Positions 1-10,458 of a stretch of 64,000 nt of DNA are shown piece after piece; position 1 is the first letter of the stretch; every line of letters begins with the position of its first letter. Source of the DNA: an uncultured Gammaproteobacteria bacterium (GTDB lineage Bacteria; Pseudomonadota; Gammaproteobacteria; JACCXJ01); NCBI GenBank assembly GCA_963764725.1, contig CAVXTM010000011.1, positions 1 through 64,000 on the forward strand, in the 5' to 3' direction. Made by a program: the position numbers and the translations under genes. The notes beneath the pieces were generated by a model. It was not told where the DNA came from, did not search any database, and saw only the letters and a program-made list of their open reading frames with translations.

Positions 1-20
1 CAACGCGCGGTTTCTTACCG

Positions 21-479
21 ATGAAAAACGACCCGCAAATCCCTCCGCTTCCGCTCCGGCTCGGCGCCGGCGGGCTGGTGCCGTTTATCGTCCTCGCGGG
101 CAGTTTGTGGGCGGCGCCCCTCGGCTACCGGCCGCTCTTGCTCGCTTGGCTCAGCACCTATGCAGCCGTGATATTGAGTTTTATCGGTGCGCTGCACTGG
201 GGCATCGCGATGGTCCACCGCAATATGACTGAAAGCGATCGCGCAGTGTTCATGACCTGGAGCGTGGTGCCGGCGATCGCCGCTTGGTTGGCGCTATTGC
301 TTCCGGAAACCACCCGCTTCATGGTACTCGCGGCGGCCTTCGCGGCTCACTACGCGGTGGATCGCGAGCTCGTGCGCCGCTATTCGATCACGCCCTGGTA
401 TCTTAAGCTCCGCGGCGGGCTCACCGCGGTCGTCGTGCCGTGCTTGTTGTTGGCGGCATTGCGTGCGTTTCTCCCATGA
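21..479 (+). CDS. DUF3429-family membrane protein
   Basis: LG..GLVPF, Y.AVILSFIGALHWG and the C-terminal PWYLKLR..LT motifs; several hydrophobic helices. Confidence 0.85.
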   Translation: MKNDPQIPPLPLRLGAGGLVPFIVLAGSLWAAPLGYRPLLLAWLSTYAAVILSFIGALHWGIAMVHRNMTESDRAVFMTWSVVPAIAAWLALLLPETTRFMVLAAAFAAHYAVDRELVRRYSITPWYLKLRGGLTAVVVPCLLLAALRAFLP

Positions 480-627
480 GAAGCTTGTGAATAAATCTAC
501 TGCGCAGCCCGCCCGCTTCGTTGCGCGGTGCTCGGAATCCTCATGTATTTGCACATACACTGCGGTCTCGCTGCGCGCCGTGCGCTCGCGGTCGTGCGTG
601 CTCGCTAACGATTTCTTCACAAGTCTC
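478..627. repeat. MITE-like element, subfamily A, about 150 bp
   Basis: Imperfect TIRs gcttgtgaataaatc / gatttcttcacaagt; a closely similar left part recurs at 16240; lies between convergent genes. Confidence 0.75.
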
Positions 628-635
628 CTGAGCGC

Positions 636-1349
636 TCAAGGCGTCATCGGCAGCCGCTCGCAGGCCGCCTCGATCCAATCCTCGACCAATCGATTGATCT
701 CGGCCGCGCCTTTCCCGTTGGACTCGATCATCGGACCGATGACCACGTCGATGACGCCCGATTTTTTCTCGAGCCGGCCGCGCGGCCAAAACACCCCGGC
801 GTTATGCGCGACCGGCACGACCGGAACCCCGGTCTTGGCGGCGAGATAGGCACCGCCGGCTTCATAGCTTACCCGCTGGCCTGGGGCCACGCGCGTACCT
901 TCCGGGAAAATGGTGATCCATAAGCCCCTTTGCAAACGGTCGCGCCCTTGCTCGACCACTTGCCGCAGCGCGCGGCGCACAGCCTTTCGGTCGATGGCAA
1001 TCGGCTCGAGTGTGGCCAGTCCCCAGCCAAAGAGCGGCAACCACAGGAGCTCGCGTTTTAGCACCCAAACATGCGGTGGAAAGAATTTTTGCAAGGCAAA
1101 AGTCTCCCAGGCGGATTGGTGCTTGCACATGATGATGGCCGGGCCGTCGGGAATGTTTTCCATGCCCGTCACCCGCCAGCGCAGACCGCAGCATGTAGCG
1201 AGCCACCAGACGTTGAGATGAGCCCACAGCGTCACGATGCGGTAACGCAGATGGTAAGGCAGGGGCCACACCACGAGCGAGATAGGCGCGAACACGATGA
1301 GTGAGACGAAAAGCCCGAGATAGAAAACGATCGATCGGGAGAGATTCAT
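636..1349 (-). CDS. plsC: 1-acyl-sn-glycerol-3-phosphate acyltransferase
   Basis: KHQSAWE, LKREL..P.FG and IFPEGTR acyltransferase motifs. Confidence 0.93.
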   Translation of the reverse strand: MNLSRSIVFYLGLFVSLIVFAPISLVVWPLPYHLRYRIVTLWAHLNVWWLATCCGLRWRVTGMENIPDGPAIIMCKHQSAWETFALQKFFPPHVWVLKRELLWLPLFGWGLATLEPIAIDRKAVRRALRQVVEQGRDRLQRGLWITIFPEGTRVAPGQRVSYEAGGAYLAAKTGVPVVPVAHNAGVFWPRGRLEKKSGVIDVVIGPMIESNGKGAAEINRLVEDWIEAACERLPMTP

Positions 1350-1494
1350 TGACGGACGACAATGCGGGTGGGTGATTTTCGATTAAGCTTGGAGGGCATC
1401 ACCGGCAGCGGACGCATAATGTACTGAATATTTCCGGATTCTAAAAATGGATATTTGACGGAAAGGCCGATGAGCGACCCGCTATGCCCGCTTT

Positions 1495-2532
1495 TCAGTC
1501 TTCAAGCAGCTCAATCGGAACCTTATACGGGGCGCCCGGCTGTTCCCGAACGAAACGCGGGACCATATAGCCGGGGAGGCGGGAGCGCAGACCCGCCATG
1601 AGCGCAACGGCATGGGCGCGCGGCGTGTCGTAGTGCGCCGCCCCTTGCACGCGGTCGAGAAGGTGCAGGTAATAGGGCAGGATGCCGGCCGCCACGAGCC
1701 GCCCGCTGAGATCGACGAGGGCCGGGAGCGTGTCGTTGACGCCGCGTAGCAGCACGGACTGGTTGAGGAGGATGGCGCCAATCGCGCGCAGCCGCTGGAT
1801 GGCTTCGCTGACCCCCTCATCGATCTCCGCACCGTGGTTGACGTGGACCACGATCACGGTGCGGAGACGCGTTGCGCCCAGCCATGCTAGAAGCCGATCG
1901 TCGATGCGCTCGGGTAGCACGATGGGCATGCGCGTATGGATGCGCAAGCGTTCGAGATGCGGGATATTATCAAGCTCGGCAACCAGCGCGGCTAAGCGCT
2001 GGTCCGTGATCGCTAAGGGATCGCCGCCGCTCAGTATGATTTCGGTGATCGATGAATCGTGCCGGAGATAGTCAAGGCCACCTTGCCAGCGATCCAAGCC
2101 GGCGTTGGCGCTGCTATACGGGAAGTGTTGCCGGAAGCAGTAGCGGCAATGGATCGCGCAGCCCCCCGTGACGATGAAAAGCGCCCGGCCTTGGTACTTG
2201 TGCAGGACACCCGGACGGACCTGCGCGCCGAGGTCCCCGACGGGATCGAGCGAAAAATCTTTGGTAGTGGTTGCCTGGGACGGGAGCGGAAATACCTGGC
2301 GTAACAACGGGTCCTCGGGATCGCCCTTGCGCATGCGGGCGACGAAGCCGCGCGTTACCCGCAGCGGGAAACCTGTTCGTGAAATTTCTGGCTGACCAAA
2401 GATGTCGGGCGGTAGTTCCAAGCATCGAAGCAGTTCCTCCGGCCGCGAGATCGCGCGCGCCAGCTCGATCTGCCACCCCGCAAGCTGCTGGGAATGAAGC
2501 GTTTCGGTTATCATGAGCATCGATATCAGCAC
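1495..2532 (-). CDS. epmB: EF-P beta-lysylation protein EpmB (lysine 2,3-aminomutase-like radical SAM); start uncertain
   Basis: [10 protein letters not shown] radical SAM motif, [20 protein letters not shown]; divergent from efp. Confidence 0.95.
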   Translation of the reverse strand: MLISMLMITETLHSQQLAGWQIELARAISRPEELLRCLELPPDIFGQPEISRTGFPLRVTRGFVARMRKGDPEDPLLRQVFPLPSQATTTKDFSLDPVGDLGAQVRPGVLHKYQGRALFIVTGGCAIHCRYCFRQHFPYSSANAGLDRWQGGLDYLRHDSSITEIILSGGDPLAITDQRLAALVAELDNIPHLERLRIHTRMPIVLPERIDDRLLAWLGATRLRTVIVVHVNHGAEIDEGVSEAIQRLRAIGAILLNQSVLLRGVNDTLPALVDLSGRLVAAGILPYYLHLLDRVQGAAHYDTPRAHAVALMAGLRSRLPGYMVPRFVREQPGAPYKVPIELLED

Positions 2533-2550
2533 CGGGATTTAAACATTGAA

Positions 2551-3120
2551 ATGACAACCTATAGTACCAACCAATTCAAGGCGGGGCTCAAAGTGATGCT
2601 CGACGGCAGTCCCTGTGCGATCGTCGAAAACGAATTCGTGAAACCCGGCAAAGGGCAAGCTTTCAACCGCGTGAAGATCCGTAACTTGAAGACCGGGCGG
2701 GTGATCGAACGGACGTTTAAATCGGGAGATACCCTCGAAGGCGCGGACGTTGTCGATCGAGAAATGCAGTATCTCTACTCCGACGGCGAATACTGGCATT
2801 TCATGGACGCCGCCAGTTTCGAGCAATTATCCGCCAGCGAAACCATTATGGCCGATGCGCGCCAATGGCTAAAGGGTCAGGAGACCTGTGTGGTGACCCT
2901 GTGGAACGGCGAGGCCATGTCCGTGGCGCCGCCAAACTTCGTGATCCTCGAGATCACCGAGACCGATCCCGGGATCCGCGGGGACACGGCCACGGGCGGA
3001 ACGAAACCCGCGACCCTGGAGACCGGCGCGGTAGTGAGAGTGCCGCTCTTCGTCGAGGTACACGAGCTAATCAAGATCGATACGCGCACGGGCGCCTACG
3101 TGGCGCGAGCGAAGGAGTGA
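2551..3120 (+). CDS. efp: Elongation factor P
   Basis: VKPGKGQAF and [18 protein letters not shown]; start trimmed to MTTYSTNQF. Confidence 0.98.
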   Translation: MTTYSTNQFKAGLKVMLDGSPCAIVENEFVKPGKGQAFNRVKIRNLKTGRVIERTFKSGDTLEGADVVDREMQYLYSDGEYWHFMDAASFEQLSASETIMADARQWLKGQETCVVTLWNGEAMSVAPPNFVILEITETDPGIRGDTATGGTKPATLETGAVVRVPLFVEVHELIKIDTRTGAYVARAKE

Positions 3121-4106
3121 TCTCGAGCGCCCGCCCCTCTCCCGAGACAGCCTGGAAACCGAGCGCCTCGTGGGAGGTCTTGAGGCTGCGGGCGGAGTTG
3201 CTGGCAAAAATCCGCGCATTCTTCACTGCCCGTTCCGTCCTGGAGGTCGAGACCCCAGTGCTAAGCCGCGCTGGGATCACCGATCCGCAGCTCCTGAGCT
3301 TGAGCACCCGCTTGCAAATGCCGGCGGCGCCTCAGGTGCTGTACCTGCAAACCTCGCCCGAATTTGCCATGAAGCGCCTGCTGGCCTCGGGGCGCGGGCC
3401 CATCTATCAGATCGCCCGGGTATTCCGCGACGGCGAGTCCGGCCGCTTGCACAACCCCGAGTTTACGCTCATCGAATGGTATCAACCCGATCACGATCAC
3501 CATGCGCTCATGGATGAGGCCGAATCGCTCGTTGCGGATCTGATCGATCTCGGACCGTGCCTACGGATGAGCTATGCCGAGGCGTTCGTAACCCACGCGG
3601 GCTTCGATCCGCACCGCGAGGACCCGTGTAAATTAGCGTTGCATGCGGAGCGCTTGGGTTTACACCTAGGCGGCGACGGAATGCACGATCCGAGTATTTA
3701 TCTCGACTTGATTCTCAGTCATGTGGTCGCGCCAAGACTCGGGAAGGGACAGCCGTGTTTCATCTACGATTACCCGGTCAGGCAGGCGGCATTAGCGCGT
3801 ATTCGAGACGATGATCCGCCGGTCGCGGAACGCTTCGAGCTCTTCGTTCACGGTATGGAGTTGGCCAGTGGCTATCACGAACTCACGGATCCCATCGAGC
3901 AGCGCAGGCGCTTCGAGTCGGACCTCGAAGGGCGCCGGCGTTCAGGGGCGCCCGAGATCCCGATCGACGAGCGGCTTTTGGACGCGCTGGCCCATGGGCT
4001 CCCGCCGTGCGCGGGGTGTGCGTTGGGTTTCGACCGGCTGGTGATGCTTGCCGCCGGTGCCCGCGACATTCAGGATGTATTGGCGTTTCCGGTCGCCCTG
4101 GCCTAA
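3117..4106 (+). CDS. epmA: EF-P lysine aminoacylase EpmA
   Basis: [35 protein letters not shown]; GTG start overlaps the efp stop. Confidence 0.95.
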   Translation: MISSARPSPETAWKPSASWEVLRLRAELLAKIRAFFTARSVLEVETPVLSRAGITDPQLLSLSTRLQMPAAPQVLYLQTSPEFAMKRLLASGRGPIYQIARVFRDGESGRLHNPEFTLIEWYQPDHDHHALMDEAESLVADLIDLGPCLRMSYAEAFVTHAGFDPHREDPCKLALHAERLGLHLGGDGMHDPSIYLDLILSHVVAPRLGKGQPCFIYDYPVRQAALARIRDDDPPVAERFELFVHGMELASGYHELTDPIEQRRRFESDLEGRRRSGAPEIPIDERLLDALAHGLPPCAGCALGFDRLVMLAAGARDIQDVLAFPVALA

Positions 4107-4176
4107 GCTTCCCAAGCTAACGAATGCAACCCTATCGTCATAAACCCGTAGCGCCCAATATGCCAGAGATCTAATT

Positions 4177-4998
4177 ATGGCCGGAACACCAGAGACCAAG
4201 AACATGGCATTGTTCTGCGACTTTGAAAACATTGCCCTGGGTGTGCGTGATGCCAAGTATGCACAATTTGATGTCACCAAAGTCCTTGAGCGCTTACTGC
4301 TGAAAGGCGGCATCGTCGTGAAGAAGGCCTATTGCGACTGGGAGCGTTATAAGGATTTCAAAGCCGCCATGCACCAGGCCTCCTTCGAGCTCATAGAAAT
4401 TCCTCACGTGAGCCAGTCCGGGAAGAACAGCGCCGATATCCGTATGGTCGTCGACGCGCTTGACCTTTGTTATACAAAATCACATGTGGATACCTTTGTC
4501 ATCATCAGTGGCGACTCTGACTTCTCACCGCTGGTGAGCAAGCTGCGTGAGAACAATAAGGTCGTAATCGGTGTGGGAGTCAAGAATTCCACCTCTGATC
4601 TGCTGATCGCAAATTGTGACGAATTCATTTATTACGATGACCTGGTCCGTGAACAAGAAAGCAAGAGGCGCCACCACAAAAGAGCGACTGGCCGATCCGC
4701 ATCCGGCCTGCCGGAAAAGGCCGCACCGAAAGAGGAAGGTAAAAAACAACAGGCCTTGGACCTCATCATAGAAACAATCAAAGCGTTGTCTACAGAACGT
4801 GGGGACGAAGAGAAGATCTGGGGATCCATGGTCAAGCAGGCGTTAAAGCGGCGCAATCCGGGCTTCAACGAAGCTTACTATGGATTCCGCTCCTTCGGTA
4901 AGTTGCTGGAAGAAGCACAAGGACGCCACTTGCTTGAACTGGAGCGCGATGAAAAGTCGGGAGGATACATTATTAAGAGTGTAAACCGAGAGGATTAA
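4177..4998 (+). CDS. NYN (LabA/DUF88) domain protein with C-terminal OST-HTH/LOTUS domain
   Basis: DFENI, GKNSADI..VVDA and SGDSDFSPL; C-terminal FNEAYYGFRSFGKLL. Confidence 0.9.
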   Translation: MAGTPETKNMALFCDFENIALGVRDAKYAQFDVTKVLERLLLKGGIVVKKAYCDWERYKDFKAAMHQASFELIEIPHVSQSGKNSADIRMVVDALDLCYTKSHVDTFVIISGDSDFSPLVSKLRENNKVVIGVGVKNSTSDLLIANCDEFIYYDDLVREQESKRRHHKRATGRSASGLPEKAAPKEEGKKQQALDLIIETIKALSTERGDEEKIWGSMVKQALKRRNPGFNEAYYGFRSFGKLLEEAQGRHLLELERDEKSGGYIIKSVNRED

Positions 4999-5022
4999 TC
5001 AATATACGACGAGACATATCAA

Positions 5023-8000
5023 CTACTCGTCACCTGGCGCGTGAGCGGGATTGACAGTGCTTCCCCGTCGCTGCGCCTCCTGCGGTTTTTCCGATCCCTG
5101 GCTCTGAATAGGCACGAACGAGCGTACATCCACGGTGCGCTCCTGTAAAGGCGTCTCAATGTGGTGAGCGCGCAATTTATCGTGAATGGCGAGGCGTAGC
5201 TCGTGGTTGACCAATGCACGTTGCGCCAGCTCTTTGACGAATACCTGTACTTCGATATTGATAGCACCCTCCGCAAAGCCGACGATTACTACGGCCGGGT
5301 CCGGGTTCGGCATGACCAACGGATGGGCCCGCACGGCATCGGAGATCACCCGGTGCGCGAGTGCGAGATCGGCCCGGTAAGCGATGCTCACGGGAATGAC
5401 GACACGCGTGGTCGTATCGGACAGCGTCCAGTTTATGACCTCACCAGTGATGAGGGTCTTGTTGGGAACGATCAGCTCGCGCTTATCCGCATCGGTAATG
5501 GTCGTCGCCCGGATGCGGATGCGGGTGACGGTGCCCGTGATATCTTTGACCGTCACGACGTCACCCATGCGGACCGGTCGCTCGAACAACAGGATCAAAC
5601 CCGATACAAAGTTGCCGAAGATCTCCTGCAGGCCAAAACCGAGCCCCACGCTGAGCGCCGCGACCAACCACTGGACCTGGGACCACTGGCCACCGATCGT
5701 ATTGAACACCACGATCACGCCGACGACGGCGATCACGTAGCGGGCGATCTGGGTGATAGCATAACGGCTGCCGGGTTCGATAGACAGCCGCCGCAGCACG
5801 ACGACCTCGAGCACGCCGGGGACATTACGTACGGCGACCCCGACGATGATGGCAAGCACCACAGCCAGCGCCAGATCCGCCAGGGTGATCAGTTCCATTC
5901 GCTCTTGCCCGTCTGTGACTACCGCGTATTGCCAGACTGTTACCGTATCCAGTATACGAAGTGCCGGGAGCACCTCGGCCCAGATAAGCCAGAGTCCCAC
6001 GATCGCAGAGAGGACGATCAGCGTCCGCAGCAAATGGCGGGTCTGCCGGTCGATGGTCGGAATGTCGATCTCGGGAATATCAAGCTGCTCCGGGACGCTC
6101 GCGCTGGCGGCCCCGGCCCCGACGTTCGCTGCCTCGGCCGCCCGAGCGGCTGTACGTTGCTCTTGGGCCTTGATCAAGGCGTGCTTGCGGTTTTCGACCG
6201 TCAACCAGCGGATAGCGAGGTCGTAGGCAATGACCGCACCGGCGATGAGCCAGACGGTAGCGACCAGCTGGCTTTCGAGTTGTAGCGCAGTGTAGTAATA
6301 GCCGGCGGCGGCCAATCCCACCAGCACGAGCGGCAAGCCGATAGCCATGGGATACCATAGGACACGCAGCCGCGCGAGCCATCCATGCGGGTGTTCCTTC
6401 AGATGGGCTTCTAGGGCGCCTCCCTCGGGCCGCAGCAGGCGCTGGAGGAACACGGCGAAGGCGAAAAGGCTGATGATGAACGCGAGCCGGCCCAGACTGT
6501 CCCGGTAGGTTTCCTCGGCCTCCCAGCCGGCCATCGACGTCACGAAGACGGCGGGTAGCACGATCAGCATCAACCACGGCAGGTGCCGGCGGAATAGCCT
6601 GAGCGGCTGTTCCTGCCAGCCGAGGTGCAGCTCCGCAATCCCTTTGGGGCGGCACAAGAGAAAAAACGTATGGAATAAAAATAGCGACACCGCGAGCCGC
6701 TGGAATGCCGTGCCCAGCGCCCGCTGGAACTCCGAGCCCGCGGCCATCCCCTCTAGGTTCCATCCGAGGAAGTAGAGAAGCAGCGGCCAGGGAGCGGCCA
6801 CCAGCAGGGTGAGTCCCAGGGCCTGCACGGTGAGGATGAAACGGTCCGAATAGGGCCTGCTCACTCGCTCGGCGACTATCCCGAGCGTGAGGAGCGCGCG
6901 CCGGCGGATCAAAAATACCACGCCGAACAGGAACACTGCGAAGGCCACCCAGAATGGCGTCCGCAGCGCCGGCGCGATCAGCCTCTCGCTGGCCTCGGCC
7001 CAACTAAGTGGAGACAGCATCCAACCGGTTGCGAGCGCGAGATCCCGGAGGGTGGCCAGGCCCACGGGACGCGCGCTCGGGATCCACACCAACCGTTCAT
7101 CCAGAAACAGCGCGAAGCGTTGCTCCTGATTGAGCAGTTGCTTCTGCAGAACGTCCAGATCGCCGAGGGCCCGCAGGTAACTCGTGTAGGCATCCGCAAG
7201 CCGGGCCAGCAATTCTCGCTGATCTTTCACCAGCCCACGGAGATCCGCTCGGATCACCTTCTGCTCTTCGAGCGGCAGGCCGGCGGTGTTTCCTTCGCTC
7301 ATAAGCCGATCGAGCGCCCGTTTAAGCACTCGCAAGGAGCGACGGCGCTCGTCGATTCGCAATTGAGCTAGGCCCACTTCCCCGATGATCTCCTGGCGTT
7401 CCTGGGTGTCCTCGCGGTACCAGCGAAGTTCCGGCAGTCTTCTGCGGCTCTCGCGCAGCACTTGGCCGAGCGCCTGGCTCAGCCCCGCGATATCGAGCTT
7501 CTGTTTGACGTTCTGGAAGTCTTGCTCAAGCTGATCGAGTTGCTTACTCGTGCGCTCGCGCTCGGCTGTGGTCGTGCTCAGATCCTTGACGATCGAAGCC
7601 AGCTCGCGGCTGAATTCGGCGTTTTGTTCGGCGAGATCGCGAATGATAGGGTGTTTACTCGCAGCCTCCAGTTGCGCTCGTTCCGCCGCGATTCGAGCTT
7701 CTTCGGCCTCGGTTTGCCGGCGCGAGGCAATGAGTTGCTCGAACTGGCGGACCTCCGTCTGCGCTCGCGCGACCTGTTCGGTTACCTGATCCCGCCGTGC
7801 CCTGAGCAGTTCGGTCCGGATATCGTGGCTCAGTAACTCCTGTTCGAGGGTGTGGATCTCGCTGCTGCGAGCTTGCTGATGGGCTTGCAGCGCCATTCGG
7901 CGGGCTTCGATCACCAGCGGAGACTCTTGCGGCCCGGGGCGTGCCTGGAAATCCTTTTCTAACGATGCGAGGTCTTCTTTCGCCGCTGCGATCTCATCCT

Positions 8001-8508
8001 GGATCTCCTCCGAGGTCCGGCCCTGGCTTTCCTGTATCTCTGTTTCCAGATCGCCTCGCACAAACTGGAGTCCCGCCAACTCAGCCCGGGCGGTAAGCAG
8101 GCGCCGTTCGATCTCCGCTAGGGGCATGTCCGTTGCGGGTGAGGCCGCGGTCCCCGCCTCTTGTTCCAATGCCCGGTGGAGTTTTTCGATCTCGGAGGGC
8201 GCAGATTGCACGGCTTTCTTGTAGGAGAGGGCGCTGGCCGCATGCCTCTCGGCAGCCTCAAGATGCGCTTGCGCCTGGCGGTAGATCTCAAGCAGCCGCT
8301 TCTTGAGCGATTCCTCCAAACCCTCGCGCGCCTCGATGTCTTGGATCCTGGACCGCACCGTTCCCCGGGAGAGGCGGTCCGCGGCGGTATCTTGAGTCGG
8401 TGGCGATTGCGCGAAAGCCGCCGGCAGGCCGATGCTGATCCCTAGCCACGCCATCAGGATCAAGCGCAATGTCATGCTCAAGTGCATTGTAGGCTGGCTA
8501 CCCATCAC
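5023..8508 (-). CDS. MscK/KefA-like mechanosensitive channel (MscS family, large periplasmic coiled coil)
   Basis: ALSVGLGFGLQEIFGNFVSGLILLFERPVR; signal peptide; 1161 aa. Confidence 0.92.
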   Translation of the reverse strand: MMGSQPTMHLSMTLRLILMAWLGISIGLPAAFAQSPPTQDTAADRLSRGTVRSRIQDIEAREGLEESLKKRLLEIYRQAQAHLEAAERHAASALSYKKAVQSAPSEIEKLHRALEQEAGTAASPATDMPLAEIERRLLTARAELAGLQFVRGDLETEIQESQGRTSEEIQDEIAAAKEDLASLEKDFQARPGPQESPLVIEARRMALQAHQQARSSEIHTLEQELLSHDIRTELLRARRDQVTEQVARAQTEVRQFEQLIASRRQTEAEEARIAAERAQLEAASKHPIIRDLAEQNAEFSRELASIVKDLSTTTAERERTSKQLDQLEQDFQNVKQKLDIAGLSQALGQVLRESRRRLPELRWYREDTQERQEIIGEVGLAQLRIDERRRSLRVLKRALDRLMSEGNTAGLPLEEQKVIRADLRGLVKDQRELLARLADAYTSYLRALGDLDVLQKQLLNQEQRFALFLDERLVWIPSARPVGLATLRDLALATGWMLSPLSWAEASERLIAPALRTPFWVAFAVFLFGVVFLIRRRALLTLGIVAERVSRPYSDRFILTVQALGLTLLVAAPWPLLLYFLGWNLEGMAAGSEFQRALGTAFQRLAVSLFLFHTFFLLCRPKGIAELHLGWQEQPLRLFRRHLPWLMLIVLPAVFVTSMAGWEAEETYRDSLGRLAFIISLFAFAVFLQRLLRPEGGALEAHLKEHPHGWLARLRVLWYPMAIGLPLVLVGLAAAGYYYTALQLESQLVATVWLIAGAVIAYDLAIRWLTVENRKHALIKAQEQRTAARAAEAANVGAGAASASVPEQLDIPEIDIPTIDRQTRHLLRTLIVLSAIVGLWLIWAEVLPALRILDTVTVWQYAVVTDGQERMELITLADLALAVVLAIIVGVAVRNVPGVLEVVVLRRLSIEPGSRYAITQIARYVIAVVGVIVVFNTIGGQWSQVQWLVAALSVGLGFGLQEIFGNFVSGLILLFERPVRMGDVVTVKDITGTVTRIRIRATTITDADKRELIVPNKTLITGEVINWTLSDTTTRVVIPVSIAYRADLALAHRVISDAVRAHPLVMPNPDPAVVIVGFAEGAINIEVQVFVKELAQRALVNHELRLAIHDKLRAHHIETPLQERTVDVRSFVPIQSQGSEKPQEAQRRGSTVNPAHAPGDE

Positions 8509-8574
8509 GATCCGGTTTTCCGTGGAGTTGCTCTGCGTGCTGGACCGCTTGGGGGACGTGGCGTTTGAACAAGC

Positions 8575-8662
8575 TCAACCGGGACCACACGACAGCCTCA
8601 AATGCCGCTTCGTCCTCAGCCAAGGCTTCTTCTTCGGTATGTGATGTGCTCGCGTCCCACCC
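8575..8662 (-). pseudogene. Remnant of a small hypothetical gene (GWD...TEEEALAEDEAAFE)
   Basis: Minus-strand translation directly after the GFA stop resembles a small acidic protein family recalled from gene cassettes; no start codon. Confidence 0.4.
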
Positions 8663-9092
8663 TTATTCTGAAGGCGCCGAATACTGCGCGAATACCTCGG
8701 CCCCGGTCAGGTTTTTGGTGTGGTTTGCGAACGAATAGAAGGAAGGCTTCTCATCGATAAAAATATGCTGATCAAAGACCCATTGCTCTCCGTCATCGAG
8801 CAGACCAACAGGGACCTCGTAGTACCCCTTCTTCTTTAGACGGTAGAACAGATGGCTGCCACACTTGCTACAGAAGCCACGCTCGGCCCAGTCCGAAGAA
8901 CTGAAGACAGATATACTGTCATTGCCTTCAAAATGAACGTCGCTACCGCACTCGATCGCGAGCAAGGGTTCCACCTCCCCATTTCCGGCACATACTGCAG
9001 TGGCAGGCACCTACACTCTTGCTCGTCGTCTTTATCAAAATGCGGACTGCGCCGCAAAGGCACCTTCCTCTTCGCTCGGTTTCGCCTACCAT
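8663..9092 (-). pseudogene. GFA (Mss4-like) family protein with one frameshift
   Basis: N-terminal frame MVGETERRGRCLCGAVR..ACHCSMCRKWGGG after RBS aggaga; shifts near 8970 into the frame with AERGFCSKCGSHLFYR. Confidence 0.85.
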
Positions 9093-9178
9093 ATCTCCTC
9101 CTTTTGCATAACTAGAATTCGGCCTCGCTTATACATATAGGAACAGCTAATACTTTTATAAACTTGTTTATATACATA

Positions 9179-9242
9179 GCAATCCTAGCGCGAGCGCGTT
9201 TGTAGATATATTAACCCAAACATCGTGGTTCGTTGTTCATGG
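9179..9242. repeat. About 65 bp dispersed block, copy 1 of 3
   Basis: gcaatc(c/t)tagcgcgagcgcgttt...atatattaacc..aacatcgtggttcg recurs at 15621 and 16106. Confidence 0.85.
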
Positions 9243-9314
9243 CACACCAAGTTTGGGGTCCAGCAAGATTGTGAATGAACGAGAAAGCTGATATTTCAAG
9301 CCCTGACCCGTTCA

Positions 9315-9632
9315 TCACGGCAACTGCTTGCTACGGGACGCAAGCACGCTAGGACGCAGCAAACGCTCGCCGCGCATGACGTACAGGATAAAGACGCGAG
9401 AGCCCTCTTGACGATAAGAGACTCGGCATGGTGGCTCGACGATCTGCCTGTAGCGCCAACCTTTCAGTTCTTGCGGCTTGGAGCCGCTTTTTGGATGATC
9501 TGCCAGCTGCTCCACATGCCGAAACGCCTTCCGGACTAAAAGCTTGGCCGCGTTCGGATCGTCCAGCGCGACGTAGTCAGCAATGGTATCCAGATCACGG
9601 AGCGCAGGCTCAGTCCAAATTACCTCAGCCAT
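9315..9632 (-). CDS. RelE/ParE family toxin
   Basis: VIWTEPALRDL.......DDPNAA..L and YRQIVEPPCRV; overlaps the antitoxin. Confidence 0.92.
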   Translation of the reverse strand: MAEVIWTEPALRDLDTIADYVALDDPNAAKLLVRKAFRHVEQLADHPKSGSKPQELKGWRYRQIVEPPCRVSYRQEGSRVFILYVMRGERLLRPSVLASRSKQLP

Positions 9633-9877
9633 CGGGCCATGCGTTGTTTAGCCTGCGCATGAGACAGGGTCCGCCCCTCCTCGATGGCTCTCTCTCCACG
9701 CGCGATCCCTTCAAGCAGGCTCATGCGACGCTGCAGCGCCTCATACGTCTCAACGTCCACAAGGTAGGCGCTAGGTACGCCGTGCTGTGTAATAAGGATG
9801 GGCTCCTTATCCCGCTCTAACTCGGAGAGGAGTTCCGTGGCCCGACACTTCAGCGTTGTAACGAGTTCGGTGCGCAT
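9620..9877 (-). CDS. Phd/YefM family antitoxin
   Basis: TTLK..ATELL....EPILITQHGVPSAYLVDV. Confidence 0.92.
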   Translation of the reverse strand: MRTELVTTLKCRATELLSELERDKEPILITQHGVPSAYLVDVETYEALQRRMSLLEGIARGERAIEEGRTLSHAQAKQRMARWLR

Positions 9878-9881
9878 GATA

Positions 9882-9899
9882 GTGATACTAAAATATCAC
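9882..9899. promoter_or_regulatory. Putative TA autoregulatory operator palindrome
   Basis: gtgatac-taaa-atatcac inverted repeat immediately upstream of the antitoxin ATG. Confidence 0.6.
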
Positions 9900-9922
9900 A
9901 AGACCCGGTACAAGCCCGTGAG

Positions 9923-10001
9923 GCCCAACGAGCCGCGAGCTGAACGGCGCCCCTTCCCTTGACGCGGGTTGCACGGGCGTCAGCTTGCGTGCCTAGTGGA
10001 C
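9923..10001 (-). other. Degenerate attC-like recombination site
   Basis: Minus strand gtccact-aggcacgcaagctgacgccc ... gggcgccgttcagctcgcggctc-GTTGGGC; an imperfect hairpin ending in a perfect GTTRRRY. Confidence 0.65.
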
Positions 10002-10002
10002 G

Positions 10003-10092
10003 CTACTCGTGACCGTGCAGAGAGATTTCCCGCGCAACCAAGCAGAGTGCTCCTACGAGCGCGGCCAGTGCGATAACGACTATCCACTCCAT
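10003..10092 (-). CDS. 29-aa hydrophobic small ORF (MEWIVVIALAALVGALCLVAREISLHGHE)
   Basis: ATG overlaps the stop of the upstream 75-aa gene; its stop lies just before the attC-like site. Confidence 0.4.
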   Translation of the reverse strand: MEWIVVIALAALVGALCLVAREISLHGHE

Positions 10093-10319
10093 CACACGTT
10101 CTCCAGTTCCTCAATGCGTCTGTACGCCCAACGGTTGATAAGTACGATCATGACGGCGATTACCAACACAGCAATCAAGCCCGCTCCCACTATGATAGGG
10201 CTCGCCGTTGCATAGTTCTGGGCAAGCCACGCGACGAGCGAAGCATCAAGTGCCACAGCGATTCCGAAGGCGACCTTGAGCCAACCGATTTCTTCCTTGA
10301 GGCGGTCTGCCCTCGACAT
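10092..10319 (-). CDS. Small two-helix membrane hypothetical protein
   Basis: MSRADRLKEEIGWLK plus two TM segments and RRIEELE; preceded by an attC-like right arm at 10350. Confidence 0.7.
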   Translation of the reverse strand: MSRADRLKEEIGWLKVAFGIAVALDASLVAWLAQNYATASPIIVGAGLIAVLVIAVMIVLINRWAYRRIEELENV

Positions 10320-10458
10320 GTAAATAGTGTACCACTAGGCTACTCCGATGCCCAAACGCCGCCGCTCAGCCGCGCCCGCCACGGAGCAAGCGTATATCTG
10401 GACTCCACCCCGGTTTGCAAGGTGAGAAGTCGATGATGGCGCGTAAGGAAGACTGCAT

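Noticed and set aside
5203-6285. 360-aa plus-strand ORF
   Set aside because: Antisense shadow of the MscK-like gene.
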